From: Antedon mediterranea
Taxonomy: Eukaryota > Animalia > Echinodermata
Direction of reading: 5' to 3'
DNA: 64,000 nucleotides
Assembly: GCF_964355755.1 (NCBI RefSeq)
Contig: NC_092676.1
Location: 2,361,788 to 2,425,787 of the forward strand
Position numbers and translations under genes: made by a program. The notes beneath the pieces are model-generated. The model searched no databases and was not told the DNA's origin. It was given only the letters and a program-made list of their open reading frames with translations. Each line of letters opens with the position of its first letter. The stretch's first letter is position 1. Below, one piece after another: positions 25,851-40,700 of the stretch.

Positions 25851-28800
25851 ACAAAACATGTTTACCAGTAGGACATCAAATGGTTGGATATTCCATTGTG
25901 ACTGCTTATTAACTACAATGTATCTAGCTGTAATACTATGCCACGATAGACGCCACTTGGCAAACTATTTTTATTGATAATATATACACATTTTTATTAT
26001 TAAAATTATGATATAAACAAAAAAACCAGTTTAGACATACATATGCATTCTATTTCATTTATGCTTCTGTTTGTTAGATTTTATAAATTTGGATTTCCAC
26101 TATATTAAAAAAAAATCAGAAATATTATTCAATCTATTTTGTAGTATTTATAATAACGTATTCTTGTCCGTGTTTTACCTAGCAATAGATAACGAGTATT
26201 TAAAACATTACTTTTTGTGTGTATACATTTGAAATTTGCGTATAAATTTGTATTTTTCGATATATTATCCATTTAACAAAATTTGCATATTATATATTAA
26301 ATTTCTGCACTTATTTTTTATTATTCTCTTTAAACACAGAGTATACATCATGTTTTTATAATATCATGGTATATTGGAATTAATAATTTAAACATGTGCA
26401 TTTCTAATCCCACAATAGACACAATGCAGACCTGTACTTTTAATAACAAATATTTAAATATGATATAGTATGCTTAAATAGTGCAAAATAAATAAATATT
26501 TTTCCTTTTTATTCCATAAAATTACTTTCCCTTGTAAAATAGTTGAAATACCTATTACAACTCCTTCCATTTATCTTGGTTCCAATTTCAAATTTATTCT
26601 CATACTCTAAAGTTGCTGAATTTGAAATTATGGAATGGTCCGACCCAAACGTATTCCTTATTAAATTTAAGGGCACTGTATCAGTGTCTTTATTTCTTGT
26701 CGTATGCTGCCAACTCAGGGTGATGTGTTACAAATAAAGTCTTCCTTTAACAAGTGTCAAATACTGTACGTAGTTTGAATATATTACAATGTTAAACAAT
26801 ACAACAAACGATGAAACAATGATTGTGTATTAGTAGAGTTCTCCTTATCTGTGTTACTACATCATGTTATTATTTCACTTTCTAAAACTCTGTCTATATT
26901 ATCAAACTAGTTTTACAAAAAAAGTATGATGTGCCCAAATATGGTAGTGATCTGACCAAATATGGTAGTGATATAACACCATCATATTCGTATATAGGCA
27001 CATCACATTTTGTTGTCACATAAAGTTTGATAGTGTAGACAAGGCTTTATACAACATAAGAAATGTACCAGTTTGTTTTGGAATACAGTAGTAACAGTAG
27101 TAGATTGAATGATGTTTATTCAAATGAGTTGTACCCATGTATTGACAGTTATGCAAATGAGGTTTGATACTTTGAATATATTAAAACTGTAACTGGCCCA
27201 TATTTGGTCATGTCCGTCATAGATATGTAGTATGTGTTGTTAATTTATTCGTATACTTAAGTTAAACGAAACTAAGGTTGTTTTTAAGGCGTTTATTACA
27301 CAAAATTATATTTTGTTACTTTATTTTGTTTTAGGATAACAGTTTGAGCAAGTTAGGCCATTCGATACACTTATGTTTGGTTTTGCTGTCAATAACCATT
27401 AAATCATATATAAATCTTGCAATATATGTAATCGAAAAGGTGTAAAATAACGACAATTGGCCTAGAGGGAGCTCTTGTTGCAAACATAAGTGTAGGTTAT
27501 TGTCTTTTTGTAGGGTCATAGGTCATATATGGGCATATGGGTGTGGTCATAAATGTTTATAGTAAATTGGTGTGATCTTAATTGGGTGAGGCCATTTATT
27601 GGTGTTGAGGACATTTTGGTGGGATTTATAATTTACAGTAACAGGCCAGTACATCTATTTCATGTTTCACACATTTTTGTGGTTTAAAAGTACAATGTAT
27701 GCATTCCAATGAAGGACAGCACAATCGTTAAATGTTAGATTATTTAAATTCTTTGTTATAAACAAAAGAAAATATTTTATTATTACAATTTACAGTATAC
27801 ATTTTCCCAACAAAAATAATTAAATACACAATTTACTTTTTACTTTTTGTAGGATACTATTCTTTACTTGCTATCCTTAAATTCATTCTAGATAAAATGC
27901 TTTTGAGACGGACAAGCAGACAGACTGTAAATAAACAAATTATTTCGTTCATTAAATGTTTCTATTTAAGTGTGAGCCTGAAAGAATATGTGTGGAAGAG
28001 TTAAAGGGAACCATCAAATTTAATAGAAAATTAATAGCAACATGGTTTATTTTATAATAGTGATATTAATTATGTAGGAAAATATATACAATGATGTTAA
28101 ATTTTTAGGTTTGTTTGCTTGAACTTGTTGGAGACGGACATCTTTCTTTTTTTTCAGCTTATTTCTTAGTTTTGTAACCAAATTATGTTAGAAACTTTTT
28201 TGAATTATATTTTAAATTGTTAAATATTTTAATTTTTGTATTAGCAAGTGGGGTCCCGCCGTTGATACGCTTGAACGACTTATATATTCAGCCGCCAGTA
28301 GTAAATTTGCAATGGTATTGTTAGCTTGTTGCTTGCAACTTATTCTTAATATTTCATCACAGTCGATCGTAGGCCTACTTAACTATCACTAATGCTTTGT
28401 TTATGTTGTTTGATATGATATCGATGGCAAGTTTAGATTGGATCCTCCTAATGTAGTAATAAGCTAGATGGAGTTTTGCGTATGTATGTTTTTGAATACT
28501 CCATTATGTGTGTATTATATTAACCTTCAAATTCTATTTTGTCACATTTTGTATACAATTTCTCTAAAGAGAACTTTTTGGAAAAAAAAGAAGAAAATAT
28601 GTCTTTAGCTGTTAGATATTAAGCGAATATCACTGATATGTATATAGTGCCAAGTCCATTAGGCAAGAGCTACACTTAATAGAGAGAAGTTTAAAGAAGA
28701 GAATTAAACACTCTTTTGGCCTGAATTCTACTTGTATTTGTTTAAAGTGAAGCTTTCGACTTGGGATGACGCGTCTTTTTCGTTTTCAATTTCGTAAGCA

Positions 28801-29308
28801 TCATATTTATTTTGATACAAATCTGTCATGTGAAGTCAGGTGGCTTTTGTACACATTAAATAATTAAAGATGTATTGTCCCCCACAAACATGAAAAATTA
28901 TGATTAATAAAAATAGATCTTTAATAGGCCATTTTGCAGTTTTAATAAAGTTATTCACTTCTGTAGAAAAAAAAAAAATAATTTTTTCACTTATAAAATG
29001 ACAAATTAAACGTTTCATTTTAACCAAAAATTCATTGTCTGACAGATAATTTAAACATTTTTTCCTTTAATTTACATTTTTTTCAGGTAAATCAATTTTT
29101 TTCAAATTGAATAACTACAGTATTATGTGAGATTAAAATGACATATTCAACAACAATTTTTTAATCACTATTTTTCAAGGGGACAATATCTTTAATTGTT
29201 TCTGGTATTTGAGTTTACCGCTCCCCATCCCCACCCACCCCTTGTTGTAAAATAGTAATGCGCCCTCTATTTAGTAGTTATGACGTGTCGTCCTTGTCAG
29301 TTTTCAAT

Positions 29309-31758
29309 ATGGCTGCCTCCGTCGCACGTTTTGTGTACCTTGTTCTCCTTCAACTTGCGGCTTCAGTTATCGCTGAAGAAGCTTGCAATGTTTATGGTGA
29401 TGGACATGTATATCCTGGGGAGTCACAGAAAAGCATAAAACATGCAGTTCACTGGAGTAAAGCTCAAAGTAAGTCAATTGTTTCCTAAGCCGCGCGTGTG
29501 CAGACAGAGGCTGTCGGAGTATCGACGATTTTTCCCAGGTACGCAACGGAACGGATTGGCTGCTCCATCCAGCGATTGAATGCCTACTTATCAGCCTAGG
29601 CCTAACATTGACCTTGGACTTGATCGGCTTATTTTATTAGTCTGCATAATGCTCATACATTAGAATGTAGGCCGCAGCCTATGTTCAAATAGTTTTTTCA
29701 AAATGTTCTGTATTACTAATTTTCTAGAAACCTTCAACAACTAATTTTGAGCAATGTAATTAATTGTAGGCCTATATTATGTCAACTTAAATTTTCTTTT
29801 TGGACAAATAAAATAAACTATAAACTATATGTTGTTATTGTTAATTTTATGTATTACAGCATGCTCTTTTAATTATTGCTATTACGTTATAATTTTTATT
29901 GTTTTTTCATAAATATCGCTATAGGCCTAAATAAAATATATAAACCAACACAAAATGTAAATTTGTAAGTGTCTTTAAATCATTTTAATCTCAATTTTCT
30001 TTTTAAGTTTCTAAGCCAGCTCCATACTTTGAAGGTACTGCTGTAATTAATGGTGAATTTAAAGAACTCAAGTTGACCGATTTCAGTGGCAAATATTTGG
30101 TTCTGTTATTCTATCCATTGGATTTGTGAGTTATTTACTTTGTTAGATTTTATAATGCCTTATAATAAAAGCATAATATTCTGTAAGATTTATTACAAAC
30201 AATATAATTACTAATAATAAACTAAGTAAAGCAATTTTATTTCAGATTTGATAATATTGTTTAATTTTCCTTTTTCAGTACATTTGTATGTCCAACAGAA
30301 ATCATCGCATTTAGTGATCGTATTAGCGACTTTAAAGAAATTAATACAGAAGTTATTGCAATATCAGTTGATTCACCTTTCACTCATCTTGCATGGTAGG
30401 TAAAGATAGTTTTCGGCAAAAGTGAATAACTTCTTAGTGGAGTTGTGGCTATGATGCTTGTCTAGCAATCGAAGGGTCTTTGATTCACATCCTGTTAGTG
30501 TCCTGATGTTTTCTAACAATTACAACTCCACTCCCAAAGACTTGTAATAAGACTTTGTTTATGTACAGCATCTTGTCAACCTGTATATAAAGAAATGGAC
30601 AAAGGTTCAACATATTTGGATGGACAGTTCATCTTTAAACATTGAATTTAAAAGTCTAGAACTCTGTCAAACTTTATATGACAAAAAAATGTGATGTTCT
30701 CATATGGACATGATGATGTCACATTACTACCATATTCGACTATATCGCTACCATATGTGGGCACATCACACTTTTTTTGTGAAACTAGTTTGATAGTGTA
30801 GACAGAGCTTTAGAAATAAAATTATATGTTTCCAACTGATATGATATGATTATATTATTGCAGGATCAACACTGATAGGAAGCAGGGAGGTCTTGGTAAA
30901 ATGCAAATTCCACTTTTGTCTGATCTAACTCATCAGATGTCCAAGGATTATGGTGTTTATCTAGAGGACTTAGGACATACATTGAGGTAATGGATATGTT
31001 GCTATCTCTTAAACATTTGATGTAGATCCATATAATACCAAAGCATAATCACTATACTAAGCTCTGTCTACACTATAAAAAACAAACAAAACAAAGTGTG
31101 TGCCCAAATATGGTAATGATATGACATCAGCATGTCCATATATGGTCACATTATACTTTTTTTTCACATAACGTTTGATAGTGTAGACAGCATTAAACAT
31201 TAAAGTAGATCCCTATACAGAACAAAGCATAGACAGTATAATCGTAAAGTAAAGATGTACATTCTCCATTGCCTTTAATATTTCTTCCTAAATATATAAT
31301 CTTAATTTCATTTTTATTTCTAATTTATAGAGGCCTATTTATAATTGATGAGGAGGGAGTCCTTCGTCAAATTACTATGAACGATTTACCCGTTGGCCGT
31401 TCAGTAGAAGAAACCATTCGTCTTGTACAAGCATTCCAATACACAGATAAACATGGTGAGGTGTGCCCAGCAGGATGGAAGCCCGGAAGTGACACGGTAA
31501 ATTCTATTTTATTCATTTTTTTTCTGGTCTTGTTCCAGATTTGACAATACAATAGAAACAATAAAAACATATATCACAAATGCTAGACCCGGGGAACTCC
31601 AACAGCAAACTTAATCACTAGTCTGTACAGCATTGTAGATTGCCTATCCTCCTTGCAAAATGTTGAAAAGTAATTTGTGTTTATTTTTATTTTTTTAGAT
31701 CATTCCAAACCCAGTCGATAAGCTGAATTACTTTAAAAAACAGAACGGCAAGAAATAA
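29309..31758 (+). CDS. PRDX4: Peroxiredoxin-4 (typical 2-Cys peroxiredoxin with signal peptide), 6 exons
   Basis: Exons 29309-29468, 30008-30125, 30279-30395, 30864-30986, 31331-31496, 31699-31758. Hydrophobic signal peptide ([22 protein letters not shown]), Prx4-type N-terminal extension ([28 protein letters not shown]), peroxidatic FYPLDFTFVCPTE, GGLG, resolving GEVCPAGW and a C-terminal YF motif. Confidence 0.96.
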
Positions 31759-32779
31759 TCTGAAAGAAGATTACAGTGTTGTTTTTATCTTTTTCTTATT
31801 TTTTTTAGCAACTTTACATCCTATTTCTTATTGCACCAACCCTCTATTTGGACATATGTTTTTTTTAGTATTATTTATGACATTTTCCAAATTTAACAAT
31901 CAGTATATTGGACAACAAGGGGACAAATAGTTCAATTTTATTTATTAATTTAAGCACATGGTTTTACCCGTTTAGTTTTTTCTCATATGTTTACACAATA
32001 AAATATCTATGCACCTATAAAGCTATTTAGATACATTATATTTTAACTGTTATGAATATTCATAGGATCTTATTACAATATTCATATTTACAATTTAATT
32101 TATCACTACAAGTATATGAAAACTGTCTACAGTTAAATATAAATATTCATTAATTATTATAAATAGCAAGATTTTCATTTTATTGAATTTGATATTACTG
32201 TATATGCAAAATCTACAATGCCAGTGTGTAATGAATATTTATAGTGTTAATGAATATTCATATATTTATTCATTAGACAAATCAAGATCCAAATGTACTT
32301 CTTTCTACTGACTTGTTTATTTGCTTATCATCTTTCTTTATATTTCAAAGGGCTATGATACTTATTTATTTTGCATTCCTGATGGACCAATAAATTCAAT
32401 TAGAACAATTACATAAGTTGTTATATTATTTTATTTTCTGTGTTTTATATCATTTGTTTCTACATCTCATCATCACGGATCATACAGAATATTGTTTGTA
32501 ATCTTTTTAATAAAAAAGAATTTTGGTTTAAGATTAATTTAAAGCCTTAAGCTCTGTCTACACTAATAGTCTTAAACATTGAAAGTAACATGATCTAATG
32601 TTGTTAATGAAATCCAGAAGAAAATGTATATATAATTCAATTAATTTTCTATAAACAAATAATAGTAATGCTGCAAAAAAACCAAAACATTTATTAAAAA
32701 ACTAGTTTTGCTGCATGCTATCATCATGGAGGTATAAATTATAGTTCCATGATGCTATGAACAACATGCGGTTTCCAAT

Positions 32780-32830
32780 TATGACGTCATTATACCTTGG
32801 TTGCCATATCGATTACGTAAACAAACAAGG
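32780..32830 (+). promoter_or_regulatory. Putative CCDC181 proximal promoter: CRE, RFX X-box half-site and forkhead motif
   Basis: TGACGTCA (32782), GTTGCCAT (32800) and GTAAACAAACA (32817) cluster just before the inferred non-coding first exon. RFX plus FOXJ1 is the established motile-cilia gene programme. Confidence 0.45.
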
Positions 32831-33406
32831 GATACCGCCCACCATTGTTTAGAGCCGTGTGTATCGCTCGAGTTGAGCAGCAGCTAGAGGGCTAGCCTAG
32901 CTTTTTGCGTGTAGAAATGGCTTGGAAACATTTGAAATTAATTTTTACTAACTCTTGAATATTGTGCAACTTATAATCGTAATTATTTAACAGAGGTTCT
33001 GGTAGGTTATTGTATGCATATTAACTGAAATATGATAAAAAACCAGTGCGTTTAGTTAATGTTTTTAGTTAGCCTACTAGGCCTACTACTAGGCCTAGGC
33101 CTAGTTAGAGCTAGGTAGGCTAGGCCTAGCTAGCATGTCTAGCGCAGCCTCAGAAGTTTAACTTCTAGTAAGCGGCAGTGTAGGCGCCACACAGCAATGC
33201 ATTGTTGTGGATGGCGTTTTTCGGTATGAAATTTGTAGCTCCTACATGCAGAGTACACAAGTGTACTTACTATACCAATATCATGTTTTAAGACATCATC
33301 ATCATACTTGTGACTTGTCACTAAAAAGTTCATGCAAATTAAGATTGATAATAATAATTATTAATATTTTTATAATCATTTTTTAGACAAAAGATAATAT
33401 ACAAAT

Positions 33407-35771
33407 ATGGAACTAGAATCTCCTTCATTTGAGTTTGGACACAATTCTCCCTCAGGGATGGATTACGAAAACTCTCACCAATTAGTAAATCAAGGTTGGA
33501 GGATGTCGGATGAAGAACAAGACGATCCAATCAACACAAGCCCACAAGACATTGAGGAATCGGACAATAATGACCAACAGCTGACCGATGAAGAACTGCA
33601 GATTCTTGCAGAACAGATAGCTGTTGAAAGAGAATTACAGCAGATGAAGGAGGAGGGTTATCTACCGGTGGATGATCCACCAGAATATAATGTTAGAGAT
33701 CGTATTGCTCAACTAAATGCCGAACTCGCCGCTGAAGGAACTATAGTTGACAATCGAAGACAGAGTGTTCAGTTCCGTGAAGACCCCGTCTCCGATGTAT
33801 TTCCGGTAATTTATTACGAAGATGATGATGTGGATGCGGCAGACGAGCAAGAGGTCAACAACGAAGAGGATATAGCTGATAAAGAAGTTGCGAAATTAAC
33901 GCTTGTTGATTCTATACCTGGCATTGAACGTCAGACTTTTATACAAAGGGAACAAATGCCAAAAAAATCTCTTGCCTTCGCAGAGACTAAGGAAGAAACG
34001 ACATCGAAAGAAGTCCTTGATTTACTAGATGATGAGGAGAAGGTTGTGGTTGAAAGAGAAGGAAAGTTTGAAGTTGTTGATGCTTCTGACTTGACCACAG
34101 AAGAAAGACATTTAATGGGGTTAGGCCCAGTAACAACAGAATCAACAAGTACTACTTTACCAAACATTAACAACTCCGGTTCACACTCTATTCATGAACT
34201 ACGACCTTTGAAACAGAGGCCGTCAACTGCGACATACTCTGGGAATGAAAAACCTAACAATCCGCCAACTCGTCGTATTCAATCAGCTCGTCCTGTGAAT
34301 AAAAAAACTTCTTATCAACCAATAACTGTAAAGAAAGTGGATCCGTTTCGAGATGGCACAATTTCAGATTTCGGAAATCAAAAGAGTCGTTATGGACAGA
34401 CGGACGAACAGAAAGAATATCAACGGAAAATGGCGCGGTTGAGAAGAGATCAATTACGTGAAGAAACGCAAAAAAAAGAAGAGGAAGAAAGAAGGTTAAA
34501 AAGTGATAGTGAACAAGCTTTTCACGCTTGGATGCAACAAAAACAGGAAGATACACGTGCCAAAAAAAAAATAGAAAAAGAAAAGAAAAAAAACGAGAGT
34601 GAAACCGATCCAAATAAAGTAAGTTTTATATTCATTTAGACTAATTGTAGTCAACTTAAAAAATACAGAATTTCATCATTTATCAGTAATTTACCAATCA
34701 CAACGAATTTCCATTTTGAAGTGGACTAATAAAATATCTTGAATCAGCGTTCTTTTCATTGGGTTGAAGCGTTGCTTACCACTGAATTATAAATAATTCT
34801 TCCATACTATATATAATATACCATGATGCTTGAGGATTGACCATAACCTTTGACCTTTGTCCCCATAAGACTTGACCTCCCTGGAAAGATACTGCCTGAT
34901 CATAGTAACAGAAATATATAGATTTTTTCCTTGTATCTTAATTAATATTATAATAAATTGCTTACTGTATTTATAGCCCGACCCAGACGATGTTTTTAAA
35001 AGTTGGCTACAAGGAAAAAAACGTCAATCAAATTTAGAAAAAAGGTTTCACAAGCACTTTGAGGAAGAAAATAAACAAGGCCAGCAACAAAGAAGTCGTG
35101 AAGAATGTGAAAAAACTTATAAAGCGTAAGTGCTGTAGTTAAGTTTATTCTAGAAAAATAATTCCACTTAGTCTTGGATGTTAAAATGCTTACCTGTCAA
35201 AGTTTGGTACAGTACATTTAAAACGTTATCAGGACTCCATAATAAAAGAAGAAAGAATAATGAAAGAAACGTTATCAGGACTCCATAATAAAAGAAGAAA
35301 GAACTAGAATTGAATTCGTCACTTTGACGAATTATAAGTGATCATTTTTATCATTTTAATGAAATTAACATTTCTTAAACATGCACGTATGTTAACATAC
35401 AATTGGAAAATGTTGATGTATGAAAGAAATATTGAAAACAACCCCACTTTCTCCAGAAAAATGGCTGTATATGTAAAAAATATATATACAGTATATATTA
35501 GTGTAAATCCAATTTTAAATCTGCATACAGTACTGTTACGATCTCATTATATCTTGTAAGTGCATCTCATATTTTACAATCTTCTTCTGTTTCTTTCAGA
35601 TGGGTCCGTTCCAAAAACTATCAATTACGTGAACAACAGTCCCTCAGCCGAGCACACGCACTCACGTCGAAGCACCAAATACAGCGGTCAAGGAAATCTC
35701 GGACATTGGCAAAAGCACTTCAAGTTGCTCAAACCTATAGATACACAGATTACTATGGCTATAGATTCTAA
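33407..35771 (+). CDS. CCDC181: Coiled-coil domain-containing protein 181-like (ciliary/flagellar microtubule-associated), 3 coding exons
   Basis: Exons 33407-34618, 34977-35125, 35600-35771 (GT-AG, in phase). Acidic N-terminus, VVVEREGKFEVV, repeated AFxxW-type coiled-coil motifs (AFHAWMQQK, VFKSWLQGKK, TYKAWVRSK) and C-terminal YRYTDYYGYRF. These match my recollection of CCDC181 (ILVERDGKFELL ... FRFTDHYN). A probable non-coding first exon ends near 33001. Confidence 0.82.
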
Positions 35772-36331
35772 ACAATCAGGAGCTAAATGGTCAAATCATA
35801 AAAATTATTCATATTTTGACTCCATAAGTTCATTATTAACGGAGTACTTAACTCACTGTTCAAAATTATACATCATTGTAAGCATCATCATGGTCATAGG
35901 TTATTAGCCAAAAAAAGCAAAGCGTACTTCAAAAATAGACCTAGTATCATTTCTCAGTTTGGTAGAATTACACATTTTTTATGTGATTTCATTATAAATA
36001 CCTGGTGCAAATTAACTACTAATTTATATAAAAATTAGGTTTGACCTTAAACTGTGTTAATTAATGTACTTTTTAATGAGTTCTCTAAATGGTTATTTGA
36101 CAATTGACCTGGTGATAGTATCTAGCTAGTCTATCCCAATTTATGCTAAGAGCTCCTACAGTAGTAAGCATTCTGTGTTTCATTTATTTTGCCAAAAATT
36201 TGTTTTATTGAATAAAAAATTATTTCAATAAAGATATGTTTTTATTTGTATTCCAATGTTTGTATTGTATATAAATCATAATATAGAAAAAAAATTTGTA
36301 GAGATAAATTTGGAACATGTCTGTATCAAGC

Positions 36332-36422
36332 ATTAGCATAAGGCATTTGCATAGCTCATTTGCATAGCTCATTTGCATTGCTCATTTGCATAGCTCATTT
36401 GCATAGGTCATTAGCATAGCTC
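36332..36422. repeat. 13-bp tandem repeat made of octamer (ATTTGCAT) motifs
   Basis: ATTTGCAT at 36345, 36358, 36371, 36384 and 36397, flanked by ATTAGCAT at 36332 and 36410. Confidence 0.85.
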
Positions 36423-37733
36423 AACAAAGTTTCAATTTGTTACTTATCAATATTTAAAAAAAATATTATTAATAATGTATGCATTTTTCTCAATTATTGT
36501 CCCATTACCATATCAGTTTTAAATAATATATGATAATATGTATATTTTGCAGGTAACTGATTATTTATGTGTTTAAAAGCTCTTTCAATTAATTATAGTG
36601 ATAGAAGTTATGCTGTCTCCGTGTTGCCAGTACTTTATATTTATCAGTATTCCGTCCAATGTAATTTATGTTAATATCAAATTCCATAATGTAAAATAAT
36701 TATATTAATATAAAATTGTGTAAAATTTATATGAAATGAGCAGATTGGAGTTTACTGACACTACTACTACAATGTATACAGTATTAGAAATGTTACTGTA
36801 CTATTTGTATTGTACTATATGCACTCTGCTATTTGTACTGTACTATATGCACTGTACTATTTGCACTGTACTATTATTTAAGGTACTAACAATGCTGACA
36901 GTAAAATTAACACAGTTGACAGTGGATATTTTGTAAAATATTGTAGAATAAAGTTGTACAGAACTAGTTAAGCAAAGCATAGTGTTTTGAGTGACTTAAG
37001 TTTATTTTTGTATGTGTATAGAATACTAGATGTTTTTATTTTACCTACATTTGTTGAGAGAATGGAAAAAATGAAACACAGATACATCTAAAAAATATGC
37101 TATGATGATAGACAATTAGGTAGAAAATTTATTTTAAAAATGCCTATTAAATTTGCTTGAAAAAAAAAATGTTTTTTGATGTAACTTTCAGATTTCAAGT
37201 TAGCTTGATTTTGTTAGGTAAGGTTTTTCCAAAGTATTCAATATTACAAGATCATATTTTCAAAGGGGTAGAATTGACAAATTTTTTGATTTGATTTCAA
37301 TAAATAGGTGCCAATAAAATAGATGTTTTTTATTCATAACCTACTAACTAATATGAAGATGATGACTAGTTTTAGACCTTATTCAATGCATTGCTGTATT
37401 TTGTATGATTCAATTTCCTTGGTGATAACCTGCTTTCTATCCCAATTTATGTTAAAATAAAGGCTGCAAGTGGTGAGCAATCTGTGTTTTTATTCTTTTA
37501 TTATTCGTTTGAGATTTTATTTATTTACATACAGTATTTGTATTAATAAAATCAAATATGTGACCTGCTATCACGCACAGCAGCGAGTTCTGTAGTTGAC
37601 CTCGATTTGGATGAAATTTAGAAATTAACTGGCAACGATCTACGGGAACGCCATGTTTACAAATCCACATTGATGATTCCAGTCGTCAGCTTCCGTAAAA
37701 TCTTGCAGAAAGTGTTAATTTTGATTTGTGAAA

Positions 37734-40700
37734 ATGGTATGTATAACGAATTTTTATATTATTTATTCCACTGAAGTTACTTATATATTTAATCAAAACA
37801 TTGGATGCACTTGATTTCTGGAAGGCCTTGTACACTCTGACTTTAAATGCAGCCGGTTGAGCAACACACCCGGTCGCCTAGCTAGGCCTTGATCACATGA
37901 TTTTGTAGGCAGCCGTTCCACGGTAAATGAACAGCTCTGTCCCTAGGCTATAGGCCTATATGTTTGTGTTCGGTAGAGAGGGCCTAGCTATTTAATACGG
38001 CAGAATAAAGGAAAACCGTTTCAATATTTGTCTTGTTTAGCAATCATTGATGTGTGCCGGTATTGTTTAATAATAATAATAATATAAATATTATATTCCT
38101 ATCCTAGTCTAGTTTTTTTTTAGGCATCTAATCCATGCACCATGGAGTTATCTATTTTTATATCTCCATGGCTAGGCTATTGTAGACTTGAGGCTAGCCT
38201 AGCCCTAGGCTATTGTAGTTTGAAATACTGAGAGCATGACTAAGACCATTTAAAAAGTTGTTTTTATAGGATTGAAAAAATACATTGCTTTGAATCAAAA
38301 TGATGTTCATTTAATTTTAATTGCAAGTTTCTGTAATTTTTTTTTTCAGAGTTTTCTTTTTGGAGGTGGAGCGGAGATTGATATTCTCCTGGATGACGCT
38401 GCTTCACGTAAGCAAGCGGAAATCAAAACCGAAGATGGCAAAAAAGAAAAGTTGTACCTCTTCTATGATGGTGAATCAATCTCAGGCAAGGTGAGTACAG
38501 CATGTCAAGGGTTATCTAAAGTACTTCAGAACGTCTGTAATCACTACGCAAATTTGGCCCAATTACGGACGTATGGAAATGCTAGTAAAATACTAATACT
38601 AATACCCCTTTCACACTAAAACTCCGGAGACACCCCAGGGTTTATTACCATTTTGGTTTTACTACAGAATGTCTGTAATTACTAAGAAAATTTGGCCCGA
38701 TTACAGACGTATGGAAATGCGAGGAAAATACCATACTAAAGCTGATTTTCCACTAGGCGTATTTGTTCGCGCGAAACGAAAGCGTCAGTTTATACGCATG
38801 CGTAGAGAGGGATTTGGAAGATGGAAACATGAATACGCATGCATATAAATAAGCTGACGCTTTCGATTTGCACGAACAAATTCTCCTAGTGGAAAATCAG
38901 CTTAATACCCTTTCACACCAAAACTCTGGAGTGATCTCCGGAGACACCCCATGGTTCATGACCATTTTGGTTTTGTATTGAACTCTGTAGTTGCTTGATT
39001 TTACCTTTCACACCAAAACATTGGGGCATCACCTTTGCTTTTGTTGTGAAAGTAAATTATATGTGGCATAAAAAAGTATGGGAAACCCCGGAACAACACA
39101 ATAAATATTGACAAATCAATTACCAATTGTGGACTGGAGTTATAAAGTCATTTAAGGCCTAAACTTTTCCCATTTATTTAAAAATATCAAGTACACCACA
39201 AAAGCCTTGCTTCCAGGATTTCCTCAATAGTACAAGCATTAAAACACAGCATGTGGACTGTGCATTCTCATGACACAAGCAATTACGACACTGTCAAGTC
39301 GGAAAATCTTTCTGCATACGCTCAGAAAGAAGTGCTCGGAGCAGAATGATGTGATGTGTAAAAAAAAACTACTGACATTTTCCTCTTTACTACGGAAATT
39401 TTTTAAATAAAACTTAAATTAATTATTAAGTTGAGAACTCTGAATATCTTTCATCCAAAATATTCTCTAAATATCATTCCCACATTAAGATAATGTTAAC
39501 ATTGGTGGGATATCTTAAAATTCAATGTCAATTTAATTATCTATTTTATTTACACTGAAGATGTGTGTAATGTAAAAAGAACTATGTCAACTAATATTTA
39601 CAAAATAAATGCCCAGCCCATGGTAAAAGAGTTATAGTAATTATTGAATATTAAAATAAATAGTAGCGCACTGCTTTTTGAAAGTAAACCGATTTTACTA
39701 TACATATAGTAGCATACATTCTTTAGTTTGATTCATCTGTGATTCATTGATAATGTGATCTAGTGGTTAAGATATTGTATTTAAAAAAATAATAACAACA
39801 TTTTAAAAATTTGGATTACATTACAAAGAAGTTTTGTAGCAATGTTAACTGCTATTCAATCGACAGTAAGAAACATACAGTACAACATAAATGATTTATT
39901 CTCAATATTTTACCAGGGTGGCCTAACCAGTCAACAAGGCTCACTTGGTGGCCTGAGTGCAACAGTGCATTCTGAAAAAAAGAAAATACATAAATTAATA
40001 GTACATACAGTATAATCATGGAGCTATGAATAGTTTTAATATAAAAATTCTTACATAAAATTAATGCATGATGTATTCTTGACATTGACAGATTACATTG
40101 AATTTAGATAGTTAAACCCAACAGGGGTTAAAAACTCTTCACTTGACTATTACTTCCTCTAGCAAGAAGTACATATAGCCTCAAGTTCTAATTTTAGCAT
40201 CTGGTTAAACTATTACAATTTTATTATATAAATTAACTCTTAAAAAGTTACAAATATTGTATCAATTAAAATGATTAAAGTTACCTTCTTATGATTTTCA
40301 TTCATTTCTAAATATACACATTCTGAGAAGGCAAGGAATAACCACAGTTTAAAGTAAAACTACTCACTCTCAGAAATTGAAATTCAAAAAATAATAACAA
40401 CAAAATAAATAAAAATACTCAAAAATCATTTAAATTTAACATAAGTTAATCCAACATTAATATGAATATAGTATTGAATTGAAATATATATTTATACTGG
40501 GTAACCTCTTCAGTCAAAGACTGGTCTCCCAGAGGGCCCAGTTGGTGATCAGTGGCTGTGATGTACTAATACACCGGGGTAACCCCCTACTCGTCTCGAA
40601 AGATGTACTAGGTTCTTTAAAGTGCACACGAGCTAGATGTGTACACTGGACCTACGGTTTATAGTCCTTATCCGAGAAGACTCGTTCTACCACCAGAACC

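Noticed and set aside
31699-31758. Lack of a KDEL-type retention signal on PRDX4 as a novelty
   Set aside because: Mammalian PRDX4 also lacks one and is retained through partner proteins, so this is not unusual.
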